A stretch of DNA of 63,937 nucleotides, counting the filler, from Salisapilia sapeloensis CBS 127946 (lineage: Eukaryota > Protista > Oomycota): assembly GCA_023334545.1 (NCBI GenBank). It is 9 parts of 9 records of this genome, joined end to end, with 100 filler letters (N's around TTAATTAATTAA, not from the genome) between each part and the next. Parts side by side here need not be neighbours in the genome. Positions count along the whole stretch, not along the records: positions 5,101 to 24,321 come from JAADVB010000312.1; 8 more parts are not named here. One strand, 5' to 3'. Position numbers and translations under genes: made by a program. The notes beneath the pieces are model-generated. The model ran no database searches. It was not told the origin of the DNA and saw only the letters and a program-made list of their open reading frames with translations. Every line of letters begins with the position of its first letter. Position 1 is the stretch's first letter. Positions 10,533 to 21,509 of the stretch are shown here, one piece after another.

Positions 10533-11752
10533 TTAATCTGAGTTGAACTCGTCAATTCCGCCAGCACACGTATCGTTGCCTGTCAAAGGAGTCGATTCTT
10601 CTGCCAGCTGAGATATCCCAGAAGACTCCACGATAGTCAATCCACCCGCTTCTTTCTCATATCTTATAGTTAGAATTTCTTTTCGAGCAACTTTATACGA
10701 ACTAACTTGACTAACAATGTGATTGCAATTAGGATAGAGTCAAGCCTTCTTGGTCACTAGTTTCAATCTTGGAATGACGTCGATTAAGTCAATGGGAAGA
10801 ACACATTTTCTACAGACCGATGGATCACATAGAGTACAGAGAGAAGCTTTGTGTAAGGGACCAAATCGCTTTTTGCAAGATCGACATTCGGAATTGCTTA
10901 CGACTTTGCTCATGTCGTTCAAACGCATGACATATTCCTTGTTCACACTTTTTATCTGAAGAAACCACGAAAGTTTCTTTTGTTTCGCAGATTGAATGGT
11001 TGTCCTAGTGTCCATGAGTCCACTGGCCACAGTAACGACGGCAATAGAGTCGAGGAGATTGTTTTCTGATACTTCATAATCTCCCTTGATAAACATTTCA
11101 ACCGACTGTTCCGTAACGGGTTTAAAGAGAGGGACATACGAAATTCGTGACCGTATGATGCCTCTTTCTTCGAGTGGAGGGGTAGTCGGTAGATCTACTG
11201 AATGCATGAAATAGTATCCAATGCGCTCATCTTTACTGACTTGAAGAAGTCCATTCGCTCGAATGTAAACGCCACCTCGGTCTTTAACAACCCTCGAAGT
11301 GCTCGACTTGGGTTACCACTATGCCATTGGAGAACAGTGCAACGATAAGGATGCTCCAAAGTTGACTTTTCAATCGCCTCCAGAATTTGACAATTTAACA
11401 CCGGTGAGCCCCAGTAGCTCACAATTTGCAAAAGTGATTCCTCATCCCCGTTCACCAGACCAAAAAGAAGGTCATCGATAGTATTCATAATCGTTCCGTT
11501 ACCGACGACGACACGAGGCACTTGTCAATCACTACCGTTTGTAGCCAAATATTTTACCACACGTCGCGGCGGGTTCCGCTCTCGATATATAGCTACATTG
11601 CTGTATGTCTTGATCGTTTTCCTTTGTCTGCGGTTAAATCCGCGAGGCATTGATTGGTCAAACCTTTGATAATGTCGAAGCGCTTCGTGAACGAGTATCT
11701 TCGCGATGCGCTTGCAGTCGGCTTTTTCCATCCGAGAGAAATAAGTCTTCAT
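10533..11752 (-). pseudogene. Disrupted oomycete START-like + FYVE-type zinc-finger gene
   Basis: Three ORF pieces join into one family member (GTIMNTIDDLLFG; HPYRCTVLQW; GYYFMHSVDLP; CRSCKKRFG...CTLC..SVCRKC). Lesions: in-frame TGA at 11525-11527 and 10740-10742, and a frameshift near 11290-11310. Confidence 0.6.
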
Positions 11753-13400
11753 ACGCGTCTGCTGCCCATTGCGTGGTCATGACTTCGACGGTAATGTCAG
11801 CAGTTTAGTTTTGGAAACGGCATGAAAACTCAGTGCCAATCCTTTATTTGGAGACGATACGGCGGGAAACATGTCTGGCGTGCTCATATATCACCCTCTG
11901 TAGCGTATAGTTTCCCTTGTACCAAGCATGGTAACATACCTCGGACAGAAAATCGGGCACTATACTTGAGCACTCGGAGGATCGTGGTGATGAAAGTACC
12001 AGTCTATTTTGTTTCTGCTTTGGCAATGCCTATACGAATGATGTCAATAAATGTACAAATATCCAAGTACAGACTGCTGGAGGCAACGGATATAAATGAT
12101 GAGCAAATAGAGACACATTACGCTGATCACTTAATGTTATCCTACGCTTCAATTGTATGCGTCTTTGTAACTTTGGCAGGAATAAAATAAAGTCCCACCC
12201 TGCTGAAACTCCGGATAATGCTAGCAGCGTTGTCAGACGGTTTGAAGCGCCTTCGTCTGTAAAACTATCAGCCCTTTGTATATAGTGTCCATTAAAAGGC
12301 GAGAAAATGAAGCAGTCACATATGCAAAGCACAATGACAGTGCATGCATGCTGAATGGTATCAGCAACTAAAAATTGATGCGAGTTGCACAGGTGAATGA
12401 ACTTCTTAACTTGGTAGCTACCTGCCGATGGTTTTCTTAGAGAATATATGGAGACACTGGATCAGTTTGATGTCCCTGTATCTATCGCTATGCAGCGAAA
12501 GCTTTCTTCAGAATGCAAAAGGAGTTATATTACGACAACAAGTGGTATAGTTGCTCTGGGAAGCAGTTTGTCCTTTCTTCCTTGCCTCGTGACCTTCACA
12601 TTCGTGTTTACACTGTGATCAGTTAGCGTATCGTGCTATGCAGGCTGGTAGAGCTTTGATCTCTCCAGTGAAGGAGATCCTTTCTTTGACGATAATCATA
12701 CATACATAGAGTTACGAGTTGATTTTTATATGGAAGGAATCTATCTCAATTCAATCAACTGCTCTGAATGCGCAATTGTTTATTTTAATTTCTAAAAGAG
12801 TTGTCGTACTGGTAACCTAGTAGACATATTGCACCACACATCTCTTTCGAGTGATGATTCGTACATACTCCCACCGTTGGAACCTCGCTTGCTAGCATAC
12901 CATTACCTAGAAAGCTTTCCACACTTTAATTTTAGTCGCCACTGACATCTTATCTTGTAAGACTCTCCCATGATTTTCGTACGAACCAACATGTACCAAA
13001 GGAGTCGCTACTTCAATGCTATCTGTCTGATATCGCAATCATAGCAGACATTGTACTGCAGCTGTTAGCACTCTTACACAAAGTATACAAGCTATCTGGT
13101 CGTCCAACGCATCCTATTTGTTTTGTAAACAGAACAAAAATTCTATTTGGACGCCTCATGCCTTTTCGAGTAGAAAGAGACGCAAAGACAACCAACATAT
13201 CTATCTCTAGCTGCCTTTTGGACTGGGTTGTACGTCATGCTTGCGTAAATATAGCAAAAACTCCCGGCAACCAACCCAAGCGCTTTTATCCGATCTATTT
13301 GAATGCATCATCTGATACCATCTGGCTCTGTAGTTCAATCATTTTTTAAATAGGAGTGTATCCGGTCGTTTCATTCTCCCTTTTGTCTGCTCAAGCCATC

Positions 13401-15499
13401 ATGCTCGCCGCAAGACTACGTTCCATACATACACGCATCCGCCCTCGCCAATTTGTCCGTTTGGCAACCTCTACTAAGCAGCAAGCGGCATTTTCAACCA
13501 ACATCTTCACGTCCCCTCATGGACAAGTCCAAGTACCTGATCACAGTATCTGGGGTCTCGTCCATGAGCGAGCAAAGGCTTCCGGTGATAAAGAAGCCTT
13601 CATTGACGGGATCACGAACGAAAGCTACACTTTCCAGGAATTGCAGGACCGCTCACGCAACCTCGCCGCTGCTCTCGCCTCGGATGGTGTCCGCAAAGGA
13701 GACGTACGTACACGCCATCCCACTAAAACTACATTGAAACGATCAGAAGACTAATAGTATCATTCATATGCAATAGGTGGTGCTCTTGCACTCGATCAAT
13801 TGCATCGAATATCCCATTGTCGTGACTGGTACAACTTATTATGTATCATGTGCATTCATCCAGATACTTACACGCTGGTGAAGCTCTCGCAGGACTTGGT
13901 GCAGTATGCTCCCTTGCATCCCCGATGGCGACACCGACGGAATTGTCTAATCAACTAAAAGCTGCTAAGGTAAAGCTACTGGTATTAACCTCTTATGTGC
14001 CGATCCTCATCTTGGTCATGCATCCTATAGGCACGATACCTCATTAGCCATCACGAACTATCTGATATCGCTATCCAAGCTGCTGCAAGTGCTGGTCTAG
14101 CTCAGAATCATATCTATACTATGGGCAAAAGGACGAAGCGCTCCGACCTGGCTAACATCAAGTACGTACATAATTGCCTAGTTCCCATCCTCGAGCGCAG
14201 AATAATTTTATGATTTCCTACGTAGTGATATGGCCATGCGTGACGGACATAATTATGAGTTCGAGTTCATCGATCCGAAATTACACTCGATTCTGCCGTT
14301 CTCAAGCGGTACAACGGGAAACCCAAAGGTATGTCTATCCACCAACACGCGCCAAAATGAATTTTCTAACTTGATCTTGATGTACTAGGGCGTATCCTTA
14401 AGCGCTCGCAACGTTGTCGCCAATGCGATGCAAGTCAATGCAATAGAAGAGATAGAAGGTCATTCCCTCGGTCTCCTCCCGTTCTTCCATATCTATGGCT
14501 TCCTCCTGCTCCATCTATCCGTCTCCCAAGGCGTCCCCAAGGTCGTCCTACCTCGCTTCATGCCAGACACCCTCCTCCAAGCGCTCACCACCTACAACGT
14601 ACGTCGACTCAAGTATGGTGATAAACTGTAATTCTTATCTTTGCATTACCTAGATCCGGACGGCGCACGTCGCTCCTCCAACACTTCTCTTCTTAGCTCA
14701 TCATCCGGCTGTTGATGAATATGACTTGTCCAACACAAAGTATCTCGTCTCGGGTGGTGCACCTGTCGGTAAAGGTGTCGAGAAACTCGTGCACGATCGC
14801 GTTGGTATCAAAGTAAAGCAGGTATACGGGTGCACAGAGTTGTCTCCTGCTGTCAACTGGGGAGAAAATGATAACCTCAAGCCAGTACGTGCATCTATCG
14901 ATCGTCCATATCTACATCCGTAACCTTTTATCTTGTAGGGAAGCGTCGGACGATTGATTCCAAATACTGAACTCCGAGTAAAGTGCACAAAGACAGATAA
15001 AGATCTGGGTGTTAATGAACATGGAGAGCTCTTGTATCGTGGGCCGCAGGTTATGATGGGTTATCTAGATAACCCGGAAGCCACAGCTGCGACTGTGATG
15101 AAAGACGGGTTCCTACGCACGGGCGACATTGGATACATTGATGAAGACGGATTTGTATTTGTTGTGGATCGAGTCAAGGAACTTATCAAGTACAAGGGAC
15201 ATCAAGTAGCGCCAGGCGAGTTGGAAGATATATTGAAAGGACACCCGGATGTTGCGGACTCGTGCTGCGTGCGTAGTAAGGATGAGATGGGGGAAGAGAT
15301 TCCGAAAGCGTTCATCGTGTTGAAGGACCCGAAGGATGAAAGTGAAGAGATGAAGCAAGGGATCATGGATTATGTTGCGGACAGAGTTTCTCCATATAAG
15401 AAGATTCGAGCGGTCCAATTTACGCATGAAATTCCGAAAAACCCGTCCGGCAAAATCTTACGTCGTCATGTTCAAGAACGAGAGAACAGTCAGGAGTAA
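13401..15499 (+). CDS. 4-coumarate:CoA ligase-like / luciferase-like AMP-binding enzyme, multi-exon
   Basis: Motifs LPFSSGTTGNPKG, VYGCTELSP, GELLYRGPQVMMGY, FLRTGDIG, DRVKELIK and KNPSGKILRR lie across GT-AG-bounded exons. The N-terminus is Arg-rich. Confidence 0.9.
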
Positions 15500-15718
15500 T
15501 GACGTTGGATGGACATCGAAAACCCGGAGTATGGTGGAAGTATCTTCGGGATCGAGTTGCCTTATTCATGTTCCTCGCGTTGGATAAAAGATATTCAACA
15601 TGTACCTTTGCGATCGTTCCAAGCATTCTTACGATGCTGTTGCGTTATACTCTACACTTTATACGTTGTTTAAAGTCTATGACGTACGACTTATATTCCA
15701 ATGCGACTGATCGTCACA

Positions 15719-17288
15719 CTATCCTTTGCAAAGGTAGCTTGAGATCATATAATCTTCGTATCGTTCAATCTCAGACTGCATATACGACGATAAATTCTCC
15801 TTCGTGACAGTGAAGAGGATGGACAGAAAACATAAATACGACGTCTTACCATGGCGGCAATATGGCAAGATGTGACCTTCTTAGCAGACAAGCTAGTCGG
15901 AAAGAATGAAAACGATTTATATTGCGAAGAGCAGACCTACTTGGATGGGTATTCATGCGAAGTGTCGCCGGACTGGACGCGGCATCGGTGCAAAGTTAGA
16001 TGGAAGTCTAGAGTAGGCAGCGTCCCACTGGAGCTCAGGCTTGTTGGTGATGGTAGAGACTGTGTAGGAGACTGTGTATTTCCATGCAGCAACGTCGTAA
16101 TAGCGAGCGCTGCACCGACGGTTAAGCAGCACTTATGGAGCCAATGGAAGCCATCGACACCGTAGATCAAGTGGACGAAGAGACATAAGACGAGGAAACC
16201 GGCGGACGTACATGTGCCTACCATACTCAACCACTTATCCTCTATCTCTTTATCGTCCTTCTTTTCCTTCCGAAGTGCGCCTAATAATCCCTTGTTGGAC
16301 GTTTTCTTCGATAACACTTGACAACTAACGGAAACTTGGATTTGTGTCGTATGCGTCGTTTCATGGACATCGATCCAAGTAGAGTGATTGGCATCCCATG
16401 CACTCGTCAACGCCTGTACACCAACGCGTCCGACGCCTCCAGTCTGGAGTAAGATAATGCAGGCACCTCCAGGCGCCAAGACACCCAAGTCGAGTGTATC
16501 TCCCCACGCAACTTTCCGTCGAACGACTCGCTCTCGTGGTTTCGACGATGACTCGATGACCGAGACAAGGGCGATTCGAGGTGGTGTGTTTTGCTATGGA
16601 AGGAATGAGCAAGTGATGATAAAAGAGTATGATAAAAGCGTACGAATAAAGAGTAGAGCTCGTGGTTACTGGCGAGTAAAGTCGGACTCACAAGTGACTC
16701 GTATGCATCGTCGTCACTTGTGTCGCGACTGCCAGCGTCATCTTGTACGAGTGCGAGCGATATATTCTGATCGTTCGTCTTTCGGTTCTTCTTCTTGTTT
16801 AAAAGTACCTTTCGCTGCTCTTCAATTGCAATCGACCAGCTTTCACATGTAGAAGCCAATCGCAAGGGTGTGCGCATAAGAAAGTATCGATTGTCTTTCT
16901 ATCAGCAAAGATTGGTATCGTTATAAGTTGTCATTACCAAGTCGACATACGGTGATAATTTCCAGATAATAGTGCTCGGCATTCGACTCTACCGCCGATT
17001 CTGGGACCTCATCCTCCGTCCGAGCACGTACGCACTTGATGGACTTGAGTGCCAGCTAATTATAGTAATATACCATCAATACGTCATCGTATAGTCATAT
17101 GATGCAAGTAGAAGTACATGTCCACGCTCTTCACCGAGCAGCTCACCTTCCACGGCTTTACGAAAGTAATGGAGCGAATGAGGTGTTAGGATGAAAAGCC
17201 GAGACGACCATCCCCCTCTCACTGCTCCATCGCGACGCTTCTCCAGTTGCCCACAGAAGAGCACTCGGCCGTACGCACCATACTCCAT
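15719..17288 (-). CDS. Multi-exon protein with N-terminal PH domain and a hydrophobic hairpin; exon structure approximate
   Basis: GQLEKRRDG..RGGWSSRLFILTPHSLHYF is a PH-domain start. Downstream minus-strand ORFs (16407-16877, 15937-16488) and GT-AG junctions give plausible coding continuity. Confidence 0.5.
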
Positions 17289-17431
17289 GGATCCGTTCGT
17301 GATGTGATTACAGCACTTTTGACCAGGGCGATCAGTATCATGGTACCAACAGTGTACCAACTGGAACTTTTGTGGATCGATCGCACAACCGAAGAACAAG
17401 CCTCCGCTTCGTCCGCTTCGTCCGCTTCACA

Positions 17432-18624
17432 ATGCTCAACCTCGATAACGACAACAAGATACTGAGAGACGTATTGGAGGGGCGTGTTGGAGCAAAGTAT
17501 GCTAGCAGTTTATATCTTTTTATACGTTTAATATGGTCAAATTGGATTCTTATGCTTGGGATTAGAGCGCCGCGTCCGGTACAACCTCTTGAAATCCGTC
17601 TCTGTGATTTTGATGGTAATACTCTCGATCCACTTCTCTTTATCGGTCCAGTCTGATGATATGATAGATGCCCAATACGACGTTTCTATCGCGGATAACA
17701 TGCTCACTGTCTCCATGGTCTACCCTCCGTACCAATCGGTCCAAGGGTCCTATCTCTCTTCTATCAGACATCATTCTATACTCACATTTATCGTCTAGAT
17801 TGGGAGCAGAGCACATGTTCAGCGTCACGTACCCTGAATTCACTCTAGCAACGCCAAAGCAAGGTTTCGATCTGTCTCTCCAAGTCAATGTGGACAGTAT
17901 CACACCTGATAACGCCGGTGCGTACCTTTCAAACTATCTGTACAGTCTTTATACTGATTATGTAGTAGAATCTTTCATCGACCGAATTGCATTGCTTAAG
18001 CGTAATATCCTCTGCGCTCCTTTTGAGCAGTGCTTTGCTGCACTCCAGAATGGCAACAGCAGTTCACTCACACCAGTGCAGATTCCATTCCGTCGGAACG
18101 AATCCGTGTGGATTCTACCACAAGACGACCGTATCGTCGTCGTCTTCTCCATTTGCTTTGAAGAGAAGACGGACCAAGCGATTGCTCGTGTCTTCCTCCA
18201 AGAATTCGTCGACACCCGTCGATCGGTGAATAATGCACCTCCTGTGGCATTTAATAAAGAACCGCCGATGGAACTCCGTGGCGCACCGAACGTCAAGTCG
18301 TCGAGTGACTTGGTCGGGTACCTGAGCTTTGCGATTTTCCCATCGCACGTGGCGACGGATGCAAAACGAGCGAAAGCAGCGTCTTTGTTACACAACTTCC
18401 GGAACTATCTGCACTACCACATCACGTCGTCAAAAACATTTTTGCACATTCGCATGCGTAAGCGCGTGGATTTGTTACTGCAAGGTACCTCGTCTCTATA
18501 TATTGCCATTCATCCTTCGCGTACTAAAGCATGCTTCTTAGTACTCAATCGTGCTCGTCCGGAGAAAGACCCATCGAAAGTTCAGAAGAAGACGATTACC
18601 GGACGAACGTTTTCACGTGCTTAG
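17432..18624 (+). CDS. ARPC2: Arp2/3 complex subunit 2 (p34-Arc), multi-exon
   Basis: MLNLDNDNKIL..., IARVFLQEFVD, NAPPVAF, GYLSFAIFPSH and FRNYLHYHI..SKTFLHIRMRKRV. Confidence 0.9.
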
Positions 18625-18793
18625 ACATTGCCGCATGAAGAAGGATGGTTGCAATCTAAAGCTACAACTCCTTTGCTCTCGTTTATTATTGTAGTTGGGT
18701 TGAAGTGCTGTGTTTCATCCAATCAATAGCGAGGAAAAAATAATAACAACCAATCAATAAAGTCTTTCGGACAACCACAAATCGCACAGCAGG

Positions 18794-19351
18794 ATGCTAC
18801 GACGGCTGCATCACCTTCGTCCGCTTTCATGCGCTTCAAGGCAAGCTGCGACTCGGCAATCCGCATGCCGATGGATGTCGTCGGAGAGTACTGCTGAAAT
18901 TACTGATTTGGCTCCTAAAACTTCCAAGAAGCAACAGCAGCCGGCAAAGACGACGACGTGGCACAAGCTGCTTGTCGGACGGATTGAAGCCATTGAACCT
19001 CATCCGGCAGCAGACACGCTGAATATCTGCCAAGTATCCGTGGGTACGGAAGCAGACAACCTTCAGATCATCTGCGGTGCACCCAACGTCCGCGTCGGTG
19101 CGCTCGTGCCGGTTGCCACCATCGGCTCGAAGCTTGCGATGGCATCACCGGATCAGGATGATGGCATCAAGATGGTCAAGATTAAAAAGAGCAAGTTACG
19201 TGGTGAAGTTTCGCAAGGTATGATTTGCTCGGAAGAGGAACTCGGATTGTGCGAGAAGAGCGATGGCATCATGATTCTAGCCGATGACGTCGCCGTAGGG
19301 AGCCTCGTGCAGGACGCGCCTACGTTCCGACAACGACAAGTAGACAATTGA
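18794..19351 (+). CDS. Stand-alone OB-fold tRNA-binding domain protein of bacterial PheT (B2 domain)/YtpR type with transit-peptide-like N-terminus
   Basis: LVGRIEAIEPHPAADTLNICQV..G..QIICGAPNVRVG..VATIG..IKKSKLRGEVSQGMICSEEELGL..SDGIMIL; N-terminus MLRRLHHLRPLSCASRQAATR. Confidence 0.85.
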   Translation: MLRRLHHLRPLSCASRQAATRQSACRWMSSESTAEITDLAPKTSKKQQQPAKTTTWHKLLVGRIEAIEPHPAADTLNICQVSVGTEADNLQIICGAPNVRVGALVPVATIGSKLAMASPDQDDGIKMVKIKKSKLRGEVSQGMICSEEELGLCEKSDGIMILADDVAVGSLVQDAPTFRQRQVDN

Positions 19352-19598
19352 TGCATAAAGCAGTTTATTTGTTTTTTCTTCTTGTCTGTTGGTACCGATA
19401 TCGAAGTATGAAGTATGCAAATGAAAAACCTACAAAAGTTCAAGCCGATCGCTACAAGTCGCCCGTGGCGGAGACGACGTCCTGTTCTAACCTACTCTTT
19501 CTTTTCATAAAAAGAAAACAATTCCTCAAAAATAAACCGACCAAAGGGGAAAACACTCCATATCCAAACGCTTGCTCGTAAAGACACGCGAACATCAA

Positions 19599-20027
19599 CT
19601 AACGCTTGCGAGGCATGTTGGCGACGCCATCCAAAAACTCCACCGTCTGATTCCCAGCGGTCACATGGAGCAGGCCTGTGGGCTGTTTGTTCTCATAAAT
19701 GGACAATTCCACCGGCGTCGGGACGCCAGGGCTCACGAACAATGCGTCGTGGCGCTGCGGAGACATCGAGTTCATGTACTGGTTCGGGTGGCTGCTGTAC
19801 ATGCCATAGTCGTTATACATAGACTGGTCCGGCGAGTTCGGAGGAAGCGGCGGGAGGGGCGGCGGAGAACCCGATGGCACCACCCGGCGACGAGTGGGTG
19901 ACACGAGCTGCGTCGACTTGAGCTGCATCTGAATCTGCAAGGCGGCGTCCGTGTAGGCCGTGTAGTGGGCGTACGAGTGGTTGTTCAGAGGAAAGTGGTT
20001 CGGAGCGTCTCTGTAGATGGCGGCCAT
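19599..20027 (-). CDS. Hypothetical Pro/Tyr-rich protein (may have further exons)
   Basis: Open frame from MAAIYRDAPNHFP with coding-like composition; no recognisable domain. Confidence 0.3.
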   Translation of the reverse strand: MAAIYRDAPNHFPLNNHSYAHYTAYTDAALQIQMQLKSTQLVSPTRRRVVPSGSPPPLPPLPPNSPDQSMYNDYGMYSSHPNQYMNSMSPQRHDALFVSPGVPTPVELSIYENKQPTGLLHVTAGNQTVEFLDGVANMPRKR

Positions 20028-20331
20028 GGTCAATGTATTGAGAAGAGAAGGGCCGCGTCCGCTCACCCTCTGCCTCTCGAGATGGAGTTTTTTCAAATGA
20101 CCAGAACTTTTTTTCGGCGTTTTCTTGATTGCGCTTCTCCAGACCGTACAGGTCACGTATTTTCGACCAATCACACATGTCCAAGTCACGAAAACGAAAC
20201 GTTGGATTGGATGAAATCGAGAAGAATGTTCGTAACGACATAAAAGGGGTTAAAGACAGAATGTTGGATTTGCGCCTCTTGAGAATGCAACGTGGCTATC
20301 TTGAACCGTTTCAGCTTCTGGTACGGATGCG

Positions 20332-20853
20332 CTAGAGCCCTAGATCGCTCAATCCGTCGTGATCGATTGGACGAACACCTTGTTCCCAATGGAACTTGCG
20401 CTCTTCTTGCGTAATGGGGAGGTCGTTAATGCAAGCAAAGCGCTCGGCCATGTACCCTTGGTCATCGAAAACCCAGTTTTCATTTCCATACGATCGGTAC
20501 CATTGATTCGCCGACGTATCCTTCCACTCGTACGCAAACCTTACTGCGATGCGATTTTCGCTATAGGCAAACAGCTCTTTGATCAGTCGATAGTCAGACT
20601 CTTTTTCCCATTTTCGAGTTAAAAACGCCTCGATCTCATTCCGACCACTAATGAAGTCACTCCGGTTCCTCCATTGACTGTCCCTTGTATAGGCTAGCGC
20701 CACTTGAGCCGGGTTTCGTGAATTCCACGCGTCTTCAGCTGCTCGGACCTTTTGCGTGGCCGTCTCTTGCGTGAACGGCGGCAGGGGAGGTCGCGCCGAT
20801 TCACTAAAGTGACGCACATGAGCAACAGTAGGGAGGCGTATCAGACGTTGCAT
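20332..20853 (-). CDS. DUF1348 / SnoaL-like (NTF2 fold) protein
   Basis: [66 protein letters not shown] and terminal GLSDLGL. Intronless. Confidence 0.9.
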   Translation of the reverse strand: MQRLIRLPTVAHVRHFSESARPPLPPFTQETATQKVRAAEDAWNSRNPAQVALAYTRDSQWRNRSDFISGRNEIEAFLTRKWEKESDYRLIKELFAYSENRIAVRFAYEWKDTSANQWYRSYGNENWVFDDQGYMAERFACINDLPITQEERKFHWEQGVRPIDHDGLSDLGL

Positions 20854-21509
20854 TCTTCCTCGAGTCAAATTTGCAATCCGTCGCAGCTTGGTAAATAAAC
20901 CGTATACAATTTAAAGGGCGCGATTAATGGTTGGATTTCTTTGGTAATGGGCGTCGTGTTTACATGAGGCTTGTATGCTCTATAATGATAAGATGGTCAC
21001 GACAAGCTTAATAGGAGGATTAGGAGTATTTCTAAGCCAACAAATTCGATTGTAAATTGTCAAATCAATGCTTGTGGGAAAATTCACACGGGTTCAAAAG
21101 GCAGAGACCACAATCAGACTGGAAACCGCCATTTTACAACGCATGAACTAATTATGCGTCTTTAGTCCTTAAAACTTAGTCTATTTCTACCGCCCTCATA
21201 GAAATCTACAATCGGTTTTGGTAATTTACTTGGTTGATCTCAAAAATACACATACATTTATTGTTAAAATAAGGTATTTTGTATCGCCAAAAACCACAAT
21301 TATATTGGAAAACGTAGCTTACCGACAGACTTGACACAAATCACGGAGCAGCCCCGAGTGGCCTCATCAGCGCTTTCTCCACCGCTTTCGACGCTGCCTC
21401 GTGCCTCCATCGAGCATCTATTATACCTATATAGCTCCCCCACCTCCTTTGTGTCTTACACCTTTAAAATTACCCACGAACTTGTCAATTGTTCTACGCT
21501 ACACGCACC

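Noticed and set aside
10740-11527. UGA recoding (Trp/Sec) suggested by two in-frame TGA codons in the START/FYVE gene
   Set aside because: The same gene also has a frameshift, and TGA is a normal terminator elsewhere (P450 at 227-229, SCYL2 at 24098-24100). Pseudogenisation is simpler.
11822-13349. Several 60-120-aa ORFs in AT-rich DNA
   Set aside because: They have no motifs, codon bias or consistent splice pattern; treated as intergenic.
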